64,000 bases of DNA. Origin: Candidatus Latescibacterota bacterium. GTDB lineage: Bacteria > Latescibacterota > UBA2968 > UBA8231. Positions 39,537 through 49,600 of this stretch are shown here, piece by piece. Location of the stretch: assembly GCA_965203355.1 (NCBI GenBank), contig OZ241889.1, forward strand, positions 1,632,001-1,696,000. Reading direction: 5' to 3'. The notes below the pieces were generated by a model. It had not been told where the DNA came from, did no database searches, and saw only the letters and a list, made by a program, of their open reading frames with translations. Within the stretch, counting starts at the first letter, position 1. Each line of letters opens with the position of its first letter. A program made the position numbers and the translations under genes.

Positions 39537-41039
39537 TTAGTGTGGATTACTGCTTTGTTCTAGCGAAACTAGTTTGCTGCGGACGATGGTGTTGTTCGGC
39601 TCCTGCTCGAGCAGGTCGCGATACGTTTCGATCGCCTTCTGGGTCAAACCCTGCGTGGTATAGATCTCGGCCAGCGTCATGGTGGCAATGCGCTTGCTTT
39701 TTGGTGTGGTTGGCTTGCTGTCGGCCGGGGGGGGTGGCTCTTCTGGTGCGGTCGCAGGTTCGTCGGTTTCCTCCTCTTCGATTTCCTGCAAGAGGCGGAG
39801 CAGTTGGCGGTCGTCGGTGTCGTCGGGCGACTGCGTAGATTCGACCGGGGCTGCGCTATCGACGGCTGCGCCCTCTTCGGTTTTGGTGGTTTTGGGTGCA
39901 GGTTTGGTCGCGTTTTCGGTCGTAGGTTCGTCGGCTTCCTCCTCTTCGATTTCCTGCAAGAGGTGTAGCAGTTCGCGGTCGTCAGTGTCGTCGGGCGTCT
40001 GCGTAGATTCGACCGGGGCTGCGCTATCGGCGGCTGCGCCCTCTTCGGGTTCGGTGGTTTTGGGTGCGTTTTCGGTCGCAGGTTCGTCGGTTTCCTCCTC
40101 TTCGATTTCCTGCAAGAGGCGGAGCAGTTCGCGGTCGTCGGTGTCGTCGGGCGCCTGCGTGGATTCGACCGGGGCTGCGCTATCGGCGGCTGCGCCCTCT
40201 TCGGGTTCGGTGGTTTTGGGTGCAGGTTCGGTCGCAGGTTCGTCGGTTTCCTCTTCTTCGATTTCCTGCAATAGGTGGAGCAGTTGGCGGTCGTCGGTGT
40301 CGTCGGGCGCCTGCGTAGATTCGACCGGGATCGCGCTCTCGACGGCTGCACCCTCTTCGGTTTTGGTGGTGGTTTTGGATGCAGGTTTGGTCTCGGTTTC
40401 AGGTGCGATTTTGGGTGCGTTTTCGGTCGTAGGTTCGTCGGTTTCCTCCTCTTCGATTTCCTGCAATAGGTGGAGCAGTTGGCGGTCGTCGGTGTCGTCG
40501 GGCGCCTGCGTAGATTTGACCGGGATCGCGCTCTCGACGGCTGCGTCCTCTTCGGGTTCGGTGATGGTTTTGGGTGCGGTTTTGGTCGTAGGTTTGGTCG
40601 CAGGTTCGGGTGCAGTTTTGGTCGTGGGTGCGTTTTGGTGGGTTTGGCTGGCGAAGCGGTCGATCCGCTCGACTAGAGAGGGGTCGAAAGGGTCAAAATA
40701 CGCGGCTTGGCGCAGGTTTTGCAAGACCAGCGGCGCGTCGTTGAGTTGCTCAAAAAGATGGGCGAGGCGCTTGTACCCGCTGGGGTTTTCTGGGTCGATT
40801 CGCAGTGCTCGTCCCATGGCCTCGCGCGCTCCTTCTAAGTCCCCTCGTTTCTCATAGCACTTGCTAAGGACGATAAAGCCAGTGGCGTAGTCGGGAAAAC
40901 TCGCACAGCCCTTTTGGCACAGCTCGATGGCGTGCTCAATGCGTCCGCGCTTGAGATAGAGATCGGCGAGGCGAGCAAAGCGCGGGGAAGCCGGGTCGCG
41001 GCGGAATGCTTTTTCTAGTTTGGCTATGGAATCGGCCAT
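39537..41039 (-). CDS. Tetratricopeptide repeat protein with expanded acidic repeat linker
   Basis: N-terminal TPRs (FARLADLY, LSKCYEK, LRIDPEN); C-terminal TMTLAEIYTTQG..AIETYRDLL. Confidence 0.85.
   Translation of the reverse strand: MADSIAKLEKAFRRDPASPRFARLADLYLKRGRIEHAIELCQKGCASFPDYATGFIVLSKCYEKRGDLEGAREAMGRALRIDPENPSGYKRLAHLFEQLNDAPLVLQNLRQAAYFDPFDPSLVERIDRFASQTHQNAPTTKTAPEPATKPTTKTAPKTITEPEEDAAVESAIPVKSTQAPDDTDDRQLLHLLQEIEEEETDEPTTENAPKIAPETETKPASKTTTKTEEGAAVESAIPVESTQAPDDTDDRQLLHLLQEIEEEETDEPATEPAPKTTEPEEGAAADSAAPVESTQAPDDTDDRELLRLLQEIEEEETDEPATENAPKTTEPEEGAAADSAAPVESTQTPDDTDDRELLHLLQEIEEEEADEPTTENATKPAPKTTKTEEGAAVDSAAPVESTQSPDDTDDRQLLRLLQEIEEEETDEPATAPEEPPPPADSKPTTPKSKRIATMTLAEIYTTQGLTQKAIETYRDLLEQEPNNTIVRSKLVSLEQSSNPH
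39745..40640. repeat. Five in-frame tandem units of 156-195 bp inside the TPR gene
   Basis: atttcctgca anchors at 39781, 39949, 40105, 40261, 40456; unit encodes PDDTDDR(Q/E)LL(H/R)LLQEIEEEE(T/A)DEP. Confidence 0.95.
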
Positions 41040-41084
41040 GACAATTAGGGATGGAAGGTGCTAAGGCGGCTGAAACGAGAGGCT

Positions 41085-41113
41085 ATTTTATGCCTTGAAA
41101 TGCAAAATGTCAA
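41085..41113 (-). promoter_or_regulatory. Sigma70-type promoter for the TPR-efp-accBC-gcvH operon
   Basis: TTGACA-17 nt-TAAAAT on the minus strand. Confidence 0.85.
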
Positions 41114-41149
41114 GGATGGGGCCGGGCGATAGGAAGGCGCGAATTGACC

Positions 41150-41191
41150 GCCAAAGGGAGTGCGGATACAGCGTCCGCAAACCCCTTTGGC
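41150..41191 (-). terminator. Stem-loop directly 3' of tRNA-Lys
   Basis: GCCAAAGGG..TGCGGA/TCCGCA..CCCTTTGGC; no clear U-tract. Confidence 0.55.
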
Positions 41192-41196
41192 AAAGA

Positions 41197-41272
<76 letters not shown>

Positions 41273-41404
41273 AGAGAAAATATCTGTACGCGCGGGCTTA
41301 TCGTCAATGCCGCGCCAATGCCGGGAAGAGTTCGTGGTGGACGAAGTGGGCGGGATGGTGGCTGCCGGGGCGTATGTGCAAACAGGCCGTGTCTATGCCG
41401 CCGG

Positions 41405-41671
41405 TCAGCCAAGCGGTTCGACGGGAGCGGTCTCCATGGTGCGTAGGTACTCGCACAGGGCGCGACCGTCCAACGGCAGGTCGAGCACGTCGGAAAAGGG
41501 CCACATGTCCCCTGTGAGGAAGTCGATAGCCGTTTGCCGCTCTTGATTGCAATCTGCGGTCTGCATGTCTTTAACGGCTTGGATGATGACGGCGGCAGCG
41601 AGCCGCCGGTGGCCGTCAAACCGGGCGCGATAGGTCGTCTTTTTTGTCTTCATTTGCTTTCTGCTTTTCAT
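41405..41671 (-). CDS. Small hypothetical helical protein
   Basis: 88-aa ORF with RLAAAVIIQAVKD...AIDFL pattern; start may be 41653. Confidence 0.55.
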   Translation of the reverse strand: MKSRKQMKTKKTTYRARFDGHRRLAAAVIIQAVKDMQTADCNQERQTAIDFLTGDMWPFSDVLDLPLDGRALCEYLRTMETAPVEPLG

Positions 41672-41831
41672 AAATATAGAACGCCCAAAGTGCCACTGAG
41701 TTTCATAGGTAGTGATAGAGCACGTGCGAAAGCGAGGCCACAAGGTTCGAGGGCGACTACCGGCCCGTGCTGGCCACCGCTAAATAGCAGCGACTCATTG
41801 GCGGTAGGCGCGGTTTTTTTGCGCCGGGTCG

Positions 41832-42014
41832 TCAAGTCGCTGGCCAGGCCAAAGACCAACGAGCGGCTGGTTGCAACAAGATAGCGGCCAGCAGGAGTTG
41901 GAGCACCGTGGCTACGCCAACGGTTTTCCAAGGAATGGAGCAAGTGCGGTGGCCGCTGAGATAGGCTATGACGAGAAGAACGCAGTAGTCTAAGGCACTG
42001 TGGACGCTTAACAT
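41832..42014 (-). pseudogene. Truncated remnant of a CNT/NupC nucleoside transporter N-terminus
   Basis: VLLVIAYLSGHRTCSIPWKTVGVATVLQLLLAAILL aligns by eye with the first two helices of NupC at 2579-3820; stops after 60 aa. Confidence 0.55.
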
Positions 42015-42322
42015 AATATCTTAATAAACAAAAGGTAAAACCGAAAAAAGTCAACCGCCCGCGCACCTTTAGCCGAGGGCGTTGAGGGCGCGTTGGACTA
42101 CCGAGCGCAGCGGTCCTGCGGATGGCCCGGAAGGTTGCCGAGGGGCTGGGCGCGCGTCGGCGCGGGAGCCGCGACTGGCCATGCGGGCGCGCTAGCTGTT
42201 CGCGTCTAGTTCGGGGCCAAAGCCACCGACGAGGACTTGGCGCGCGGCGCGGGCATCGGCGTATTCGAGAGGACGGAGCTTTTGCCAGTAGTGCGGGGGC
42301 GTCGGGTGCGGACTCTGCGCCG

Positions 42323-43057
42323 TCACGGCGAGGGCGCGCCGCGGTCTTGGGGTTCCCAGCCGACGAGTTCTTTGGCGTTGGCGAGGTCCCACTTTTTGTC
42401 CGCGCCCAGTGAGACTCCGTAGAAGATGCCGAATTGGGGCCGGGGGGCCTCGATGCAGCAGGCGGTCAACTCAGAGACATCGCGGGCGCTGAGCCAGCGG
42501 TTTTCGCCGGGCGGATAGGTGCTGTTGACTTCCTCGGTGTCCGGGTAGTTGGCGATGCGGAGGCAATAGGTGGAAATGCCGTACTCGTCGTAGTAAAAGC
42601 GGCCGAGGGCCTCGCCAAACGCCTTGCTGACGCCGTACATGCTGTCGGGACGGATCGGCATTTCAGGGGTGGTGTAGATGCCTTCTTTCTCGTAGAAACC
42701 CGTTACGTGATTGGTGCTGGCAAAGACGACGACCGGGACTTTGTTGATGCGGGCGGCTTCAAAGATGTTGTAGGTGCCTTGGATATTGGTTTCCAAGATC
42801 ATCTGGTTGTAGCGCGTGCGCGGATAGCCCGGCTGGGTGATGGCGATGCCGAGGTGGACGATGGTGTCGATGCCTGCGCAGGCCTCGACCATGTTCTCGA
42901 AGTTGGCGAGGTCGGAGACCGCGATTTCGTCATTTGGTTCGACTTGGGGGATGCTGCGGTGGAAGAGCAGGCGGAAGTCGTAGCGGTCTTTGAGGTGACG
43001 GCGCAGGCCCGACCCGACTTTGCCGGCGGCACCGGTGATGAAAAGTTTCTTCTTCAT
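42323..43057 (-). CDS. NAD(P)-dependent oxidoreductase (extended SDR, uronate dehydrogenase-like)
   Basis: ITGAAGKVG, FASTNHVTGFY, PDSMYGVSKAFGE, WLSARD. Confidence 0.88.
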   Translation of the reverse strand: MKKKLFITGAAGKVGSGLRRHLKDRYDFRLLFHRSIPQVEPNDEIAVSDLANFENMVEACAGIDTIVHLGIAITQPGYPRTRYNQMILETNIQGTYNIFEAARINKVPVVVFASTNHVTGFYEKEGIYTTPEMPIRPDSMYGVSKAFGEALGRFYYDEYGISTYCLRIANYPDTEEVNSTYPPGENRWLSARDVSELTACCIEAPRPQFGIFYGVSLGADKKWDLANAKELVGWEPQDRGAPSP

Positions 43058-43139
43058 GTCTCTTTCCTGTGTTTGGCGGCGTCTGTTGGGCGCGGTCTAT
43101 ACTATTTGCTTGGGCTACGGGGCGCAAGGCATTCGAGAA

Positions 43140-44399
43140 CTATTGGGTCGGATGCTGGGCCGTCAGGGACGCGAGGCTGCCCAAATTTCTCAGCGAGGGA
43201 AAAAGGCCCGTCCAAGCGGCGACGACCAGCAGCGTACCGATGCCACCGCTGACGACGGAGAAGACCGGGTTGAAAAGCTGGGCCACCAGCCCGGATTCAA
43301 AGCCGCCGATCTCATTAGACGCACCGACGAAGATGGCAGAGACAGCCTGGACCCGGCCTCGCATCTCGTTGGGTGTGCCCATCTGCGAGATGACGCGGCG
43401 GATGACCATGCTGACGTTGTCGAAAGCCCCGGTCAGTGCCAACATCAGCAGCGAGAACCAAAAGTTTTGCGAGAGACCAAAGAGAATGGTCGCCGCGCCA
43501 AAGCCCGCTACGCACCAGAGCAGAGTCCGGCCAGCTCGGCGAATTGGCGGTAGATGAGCGATGGCCAAGGCGGTGATGGTAGCACCGATGGCCGGGGCCG
43601 CAACCAGCCAGCCGAGCGCGGCTTCGGGTGCGAGACCGACGGAACTGAGGTCGATGATCTCGCGGGCGAAGATGGGTAGGAGGTACACTGCGCCGCCGAG
43701 GAGGACGGCGAACAGATCGAGCGAGATCGCGCCGAGGAGGAGCGGTTGGTCGCGGACGAAGCGCAGCCCAACCGCGATCTGAGCGAACATCTTGCCGCCT
43801 TGGATGCGCGGAGCAGGCGGCAAGATCATGGTGCCGAGGAAGAGGATGAAGGCCGCCGAGGAAACCGCGCTGAGGAGATAAGCGGTTTGGAGATTGAAGG
43901 CGATGACAAAACCGCCGATGGCCGGTCCGGCGATGCCGATGATCTGCTGCAAGCTGGTTGCCCACTTGGCGGCGTTTTCAAAGAGCGCGTCCGGTACCAG
44001 CAAGGGCGCGATGGCCCGTTGTGCAGGCCACCCTAAGCGGAGGAAGGACGAGTCCAAAAAGAGCAACGCGTACATCCAGTAAGTTGACATCTGGTACCAG
44101 CTAAAGACGGCCAAGCCCAGCGAAGTGAGTGTCGCACCGGCTAGACTGAGCATCATCAGTTTGCGGCGGTCAAAGACATCGGCTAGATACCCGGCCGGCA
44201 GGGTCAGCAGCAGCATGGGAATGGCTTGGACGAGGCCGACCATGCCGAGGGAGAGGGCTTGGCCCGTGCGGTCGTACACTTCCCAACCGATGGCCAAACC
44301 TTGAGCGGCGGTACCCATCCGCACCAGCGAGGAGGCGATGAGGTAGCGCCGGAAGAGCGGGACGCGCAGGCTGGAGTAGGGGTCGTGTCTTTTGTGCAA
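43140..44399 (-). CDS. MFS transporter (EntS/DHA3-like)
   Basis: About 12 TM segments, AGYLADVFDRRK, LDLFAVLLGGA, MRGRV. Confidence 0.92.
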   Translation of the reverse strand: MHKRHDPYSSLRVPLFRRYLIASSLVRMGTAAQGLAIGWEVYDRTGQALSLGMVGLVQAIPMLLLTLPAGYLADVFDRRKLMMLSLAGATLTSLGLAVFSWYQMSTYWMYALLFLDSSFLRLGWPAQRAIAPLLVPDALFENAAKWATSLQQIIGIAGPAIGGFVIAFNLQTAYLLSAVSSAAFILFLGTMILPPAPRIQGGKMFAQIAVGLRFVRDQPLLLGAISLDLFAVLLGGAVYLLPIFAREIIDLSSVGLAPEAALGWLVAAPAIGATITALAIAHLPPIRRAGRTLLWCVAGFGAATILFGLSQNFWFSLLMLALTGAFDNVSMVIRRVISQMGTPNEMRGRVQAVSAIFVGASNEIGGFESGLVAQLFNPVFSVVSGGIGTLLVVAAWTGLFPSLRNLGSLASLTAQHPTQ

Positions 44400-44505
44400 A
44401 TCAGCAGGGGTGTTAGTTATAGGCGTAGGTGCGGACGAGTTTGCTAAATTACCGGTGTGTATCTGGCCAGCGCCAGTGGCTCACCGTTGAGAAAGGAAGT
44501 TTGTC

Positions 44506-45738
44506 ATGCTGGCAATAGACGGAGGACCCAAGGTCCGCACGACGCCATTTCCCAAGCGGTATCTCTTTGGGGATGAGGAACGCGAGGCCGCGCTGCGGCT
44601 GTTTGCTGAAGCGCAGGAGCGCGGCAATGCAATCGGCTACAGCGGGCCAGAGGAATTGGCCTATGAGCGGGAGTTCGCCGCGTTTATGGGGGGTGGCTAC
44701 GCCGATTTGGTCAACTCGGGGACCGCGGCACTCTACGCGGCACTGGGCGCACTCAAGCTAGCAACGGCTGGCGAGGTGGTGATTCCACCGATTACGGATC
44801 CGGGTGGGGCGATGCCGGCGGCGCTGTTGTGCCAAGTGCCGGTGGTCGCCGATGCCGCACCGGGATCGTTCAACGCCGGGGCCGAGCAGATTGAGGCCGT
44901 GATAACGCCCTACACCCGCGCTATTGTCGTGGCCCACATTGCCGGTGAACCAGCGGATATGACGCCGATTTTAGCACTAGCCGAGGAACGCGGCCTACCG
45001 GTCATTGAGGATTGCGCCCAGGCCCATGGAGCGCGCTACAAGGGGCAGCTAGTGGGATCGCTGGGCACGGTGGCGGCCTTTTCGACCATGAGCGGCAAGC
45101 ACCACGCGACCGGTCCGCAGGGCGGGGTGGTCTTTACCTGCGACGAGGAACTCGGCTGGGAGGCCAAGCGTTTTGCCGACCGGGGCAAGCCTTTTAATAC
45201 AGATGCGACATCTAACTTGCGTGCCGGACTCAATCTCAACGGCAATGACCTGTCGGCCGCCATTGGCCGGGTGCAACTGAAAAAGCTCGATGCGATGATC
45301 GCCAAGCGGCGTCAAGTAGCAGCGCAAATCGAAGAGGCCATTGCCGATTGCAAGGCCGTGCGGTTGGGATGGAAGGTCGCCGAGTCGGAGGGAGTGTACT
45401 GGTTTATGTGCTTTCACGTGGATGCCGCCAAACTCCGGGTGGATAAAGACGGCTTTGCCCAGGCCGTGGCCGCCGAGGGCATTCCGGTGACAGCCACGTA
45501 TCGCCACATTCCCTCCGAGGCGATCTGGTTTAAGGAGCGGCAGGTCTTTCCCGGCAGCGATTATCCGTGGGGATTGTCGGCGTATAAGGGAGACCGCCAG
45601 GCTCAGTTCCCCTGTCCCAATGCCGTTGCCTCGGTTGAAAGCCACTTCATCCTGTCGATTCACGAGAATTTCGCCGAACAGGAGGTCGCAGATATTGCCG
45701 AGGCGTTTGCGAAAGTGGAGCAGGCGTATTGGCGGTAG
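44506..45738 (+). CDS. DegT/DnrJ/EryC1/StrS family PLP-dependent aminotransferase
   Basis: LAIDGG, NSGTAAL, IEDCAQAHGA, FSTMSGKH (Schiff-base Lys). Confidence 0.93.
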   Translation: MLAIDGGPKVRTTPFPKRYLFGDEEREAALRLFAEAQERGNAIGYSGPEELAYEREFAAFMGGGYADLVNSGTAALYAALGALKLATAGEVVIPPITDPGGAMPAALLCQVPVVADAAPGSFNAGAEQIEAVITPYTRAIVVAHIAGEPADMTPILALAEERGLPVIEDCAQAHGARYKGQLVGSLGTVAAFSTMSGKHHATGPQGGVVFTCDEELGWEAKRFADRGKPFNTDATSNLRAGLNLNGNDLSAAIGRVQLKKLDAMIAKRRQVAAQIEEAIADCKAVRLGWKVAESEGVYWFMCFHVDAAKLRVDKDGFAQAVAAEGIPVTATYRHIPSEAIWFKERQVFPGSDYPWGLSAYKGDRQAQFPCPNAVASVESHFILSIHENFAEQEVADIAEAFAKVEQAYWR

Positions 45739-45806
45739 GATACTATGGGCGCGGTGATGGGTGTAGAAGCGGAAGAAGGTCTTGGTCGTTCCCGGAGCCG
45801 ATTTAG

Positions 45807-46481
45807 CTAGGCAAATACGAGCGGTTGGTAAAAGTCGGGTTGGTGAAAGCTCGGATTGGGCGTATCTACGGGTGCCCAGCTGCCCCAGTGAGGGTGGGAG
45901 GTGCGGTCGCCGCACTTGTAGAAGTTGCCCTTCCACTGCGTACCGGGTACTGGCTTCTCGGCATTGAAGTACTGGGCGAAAAGGGCGAAGGGAATGCGAT
46001 ACTCGACCGCCCAAGTCGTGGGGGTGGTGATCTCGGGTTCGACGATCCTGGGGAGCGTTGTGGCGATGCGGATGGCGGCTCCGTCGGCCTCGCTGACGTT
46101 TTCGGTTGTTCGGCCTTGGGTGCGCTCGGCGGCTGAAGGGCAGCGGTGTAGGAGCATGGTGCCGCCGCAGTTGACCTCGAAATTGAAGTAGGCCAGCGAA
46201 TCGGGCCGGGGCGCGACGAAGAACTCGACGCAGGAGTCGGTGCAGACCGAATCTTGGAAGTGCTCGGCCACGGCGCGGACGTAGCGATCCTGGACGCGGA
46301 AGATAATGGATAGGGCGCGCTCGTCGTAGAGCAGGCGCGCCTGAGTGCGGGGGCGGTGGCCGGAATCTTCCCAAGGAAAGTGGGTGATCGCTAGGGTCTC
46401 GGCCGCCTGCCATTGGGGACGCTCCCAGTCGGCGTCGGGCCGGTCGAGGGCGTCGGTGCGATGAATAGTGTAGTACATCAT
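45807..46481 (-). CDS. Carbohydrate-binding family 9-like protein
   Basis: VCTDSCVEFF, YFNFEVNCGG, GNFYKCGD..HW..W..SFHQPDF. Confidence 0.85.
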   Translation of the reverse strand: MMYYTIHRTDALDRPDADWERPQWQAAETLAITHFPWEDSGHRPRTQARLLYDERALSIIFRVQDRYVRAVAEHFQDSVCTDSCVEFFVAPRPDSLAYFNFEVNCGGTMLLHRCPSAAERTQGRTTENVSEADGAAIRIATTLPRIVEPEITTPTTWAVEYRIPFALFAQYFNAEKPVPGTQWKGNFYKCGDRTSHPHWGSWAPVDTPNPSFHQPDFYQPLVFA

Positions 46482-46622
46482 GGAGGTAAAATACTCAACC
46501 GCGCAGCTCGGTGAAAGTGGTCTCGTGCTGTTTGACGGGGGGCACGACCTCCAGTATTTTCCTAACAAAGTGGAGCGACCGGCAATTGGCTGCGGGTCGC
46601 CTTTTTGCGAAAGGGATACACG

Positions 46623-49600
46623 TTGCGCCGAGCGACTTTTTTTGCTATTGCCGCGCTGTTCCTCGCCGGAGCAGCCCAAGCCCAAATAAAAACCATCGTC
46701 ACCGATCACTTCCGAGTCCATTATACGAGTGGGGCCGAGGGCACGGCACGCCGGGTAGCCGAAACCTGCGAGGAGGTTTTTCCCACCCTCGCGGCGGCCT
46801 ACGATTATTACGACGACTTTCGCACCATCCACGTCATCGTGCTCGACAACTCCGACGTGCTAGGCAACGGTTGGGCCAACTACTACAGCAATACCATGGC
46901 CATTTGGGCCACTAGCCTCGACTTTGAGCTGCGCGGCAGTCACGATTGGATCAAAAACGTGGTCGCGCACGAGTTGACGCACATCATTACGCTCAACAAG
47001 GCGCGCAAAAAATGGCCCTTCCAGTTCGCGCTGCTGACGGTCTCGCGCTTCGACTCTAATCCAGACATTACATTTCAGTTCCCGCTATACCATCTCAATG
47101 CCCCGCGCGGTTGGACCGAGGGCATCGCCCAGTACGGGGCGCAAAAATTCGGCTACGACTCTTGGGATTCACACCGCGACATGTTGCTGCGAATGGCGGT
47201 GCTCGAAGACGATCTGCTGTCGTGGGAGGAGATGGGCACGGTCTGGGATCGCATGGGCAAGTTCTACGGCGAGTTCGTGTACAATCAGGGCTACGCGATG
47301 ATGGTGTACATCCACCAGCAGTACGGGGCCGAAAAGGTCGATGAACTAACGCATCAGATCGGCTCGATGAGCTTCGAGCCAGCCATTCGCCGGGTGTTGG
47401 GCGTTTCTGCGGATCAGTTTTACGCGGATTGGGTTGCCTTCTTGGCCGAGAATTACGGTCGCCTCGAGTCCGAGATCCGCACGCAGGGCTTCTTTCAAGG
47501 CGAGTCGTTGGATGAGGTCAACGAGGGCGTGCTCGAATACCATCCCGCGCTGTCGCCGGACGGCAAAAAACTGGCGTATCTCACCAGCGAGAAACAGGAT
47601 TACGCGCTCACGGTGCTCAAGATCTACGACTTTGATACGCGAAAAACGACCGAGCTCAAGGGCCGAATCGATACGCGGATTGGCTGGTCTCCCGACGGGA
47701 AGGAGATCGTTTTTGTCCGCAATAAGGGCGGTTTTAACGACCTATATATCTACAATTTGGCCGAGGACAAGGAACGCCGCATCAGCGCCAATCTGCGCGC
47801 CAAAGACCCCTCGTTTTCTCCCGATGGTCAGCGCATCGCCTTTGTCCACAACAAGGACGGGACCAACAACCTCGGCCTCATTGATCGCGACGGCACGGAC
47901 GCGGTCTATTTGACCAACAACAACGACGCCACCCAATACATGGCACCGCGCTTTTCGCCCGATGGCGAATGGTTGCTCTTCAGCTTGTTCCGCGGCCAGG
48001 ACCGCGACATTGCGATGATCCGCGTCGATAGTCCGCCGCGGCCCAAGGTCCAGAAGAAAAAGAAGAGCGAAGCCGAAGAAGAAGAGGGCGAGGAGGAGGA
48101 AACCATAGAAGTCTTCCCCGACACGGTTGCCTTCGCCCATCCCGACTCGTCCGGGTTCTGGGCGGTCGTGGCCTCGCCAGCGGACGAGCGCGATCCGCAC
48201 TGGTTGCCCGATGGCTCGGGTTTTGTGTTTTCGTCGGACCAGAGCGGCATTTTCAACATCTACCGCTATCGCTTGGAAAACGGCGAATTCGAGCAGCTAA
48301 CCAACGTCGTCGGCGGGGCTTTTGTGCCAACTGTAGCCACCGACGAGCGCGTGATATACAGCGGCTATCACTCCAACGACTATAGCCTCTATAGCTTTGA
48401 GATGGGCGAATTCGAGCGCGATGCACACTTCGAGCCGGTGGCGATGCGCGACTATCGCTCCATCTTCGACGGCCCTGAGATCGCCGATCAGTTCGAGGTC
48501 GCAACGTACCGCGGTCGCAACGTCTTGACCTACATCCCGATTCTACAAGTCGGCCCCACGTATGTCGGCAACGCTTTTGGCCTCAATCAGGTCAGCGGCG
48601 GCTTGCAGTTTTCCACCGGCGACATGTTCGGTGGGCAGGGGTTGACGGCTTGGGGCATTGTCGGCAAGAACATGCGCAATGCCACCGATCTCAATACGGA
48701 TGTCGGCTTCTTCTACGAGCGTCGGCTCCGGCCACAAGTGGGCAACAACCGGACTTTCAACCCCTCATTCTACATAGCGGGCCGACGGCGCGAAATAGAC
48801 AACCTGCTCAAGAGCAATCAGAGCACGGTCGATACGCTCGAGGTGAGCACGGTCTATACGGTGCCCGCTGATTCGGCCACCAGCTTCTTGGCCATCCCAG
48901 ACGCCCGTCGATACGTCTATACGGGCACGAGCCGCGAAGACTTGTTTAAGACATCCTTGGGGCAACTGGCTGTGGGCATTGATGTGCCGCTGACTCGGCG
49001 AACCGAGTTGAACGCTCTCTACCTATGGCGCGACTACGCCGAGGGTTGGACCTTGCGCCACGCCCGCAGTTGGAACCGCATCTATCTGGAACAAGACAGC
49101 GTCGACATATCAGCCTCCTTAGATCCGTCGCTTTTGGCGCAAGATACCCTGTTGGTCGACAGCGAAGATCCGCGGGTCTACTACAGAGACCTCAGCTTTT
49201 TTCGGACGCATATGTTGAGCGCGTCTTGGCGCTACCAGAAGATCAACCCCACGGCCGACCGCTTGATCAATCCATCGGGCCGCTCCATGGCCTTGGTCTA
49301 TCGCTATTTGATGCCGACGGTGGCCGATTCGCTGACCGAGCAAACCCCTTCCGATGGAGTCCCCCGCGACCAGTTCGTCGGCGTTGAACGCCGCATGCGA
49401 GTCAACGAATACGTAGCCACGTACAATGAACGAATCCAATTGCCGTTCGACAATTCGCTCAACATTGAGCTACTAGGCGCGTACAAAAACGTCCGCCTCA
49501 AGCCCGGCTTTATCGAAGATGGCGGGCTGCTCGAGGGCCGCTACTACTGGCCGTTGCGCTACTATATCGGCGGGCGCAACTTCCTCAGCGGCTATCCCTA

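Noticed and set aside
39745-40640. CRISPR-like or non-coding repeat array
   Set aside because: Units are in-frame coding repeats with no unique spacers
39679-40857. 392-aa Ser-rich plus-strand ORF
   Set aside because: Antisense shadow of the acidic TPR repeats
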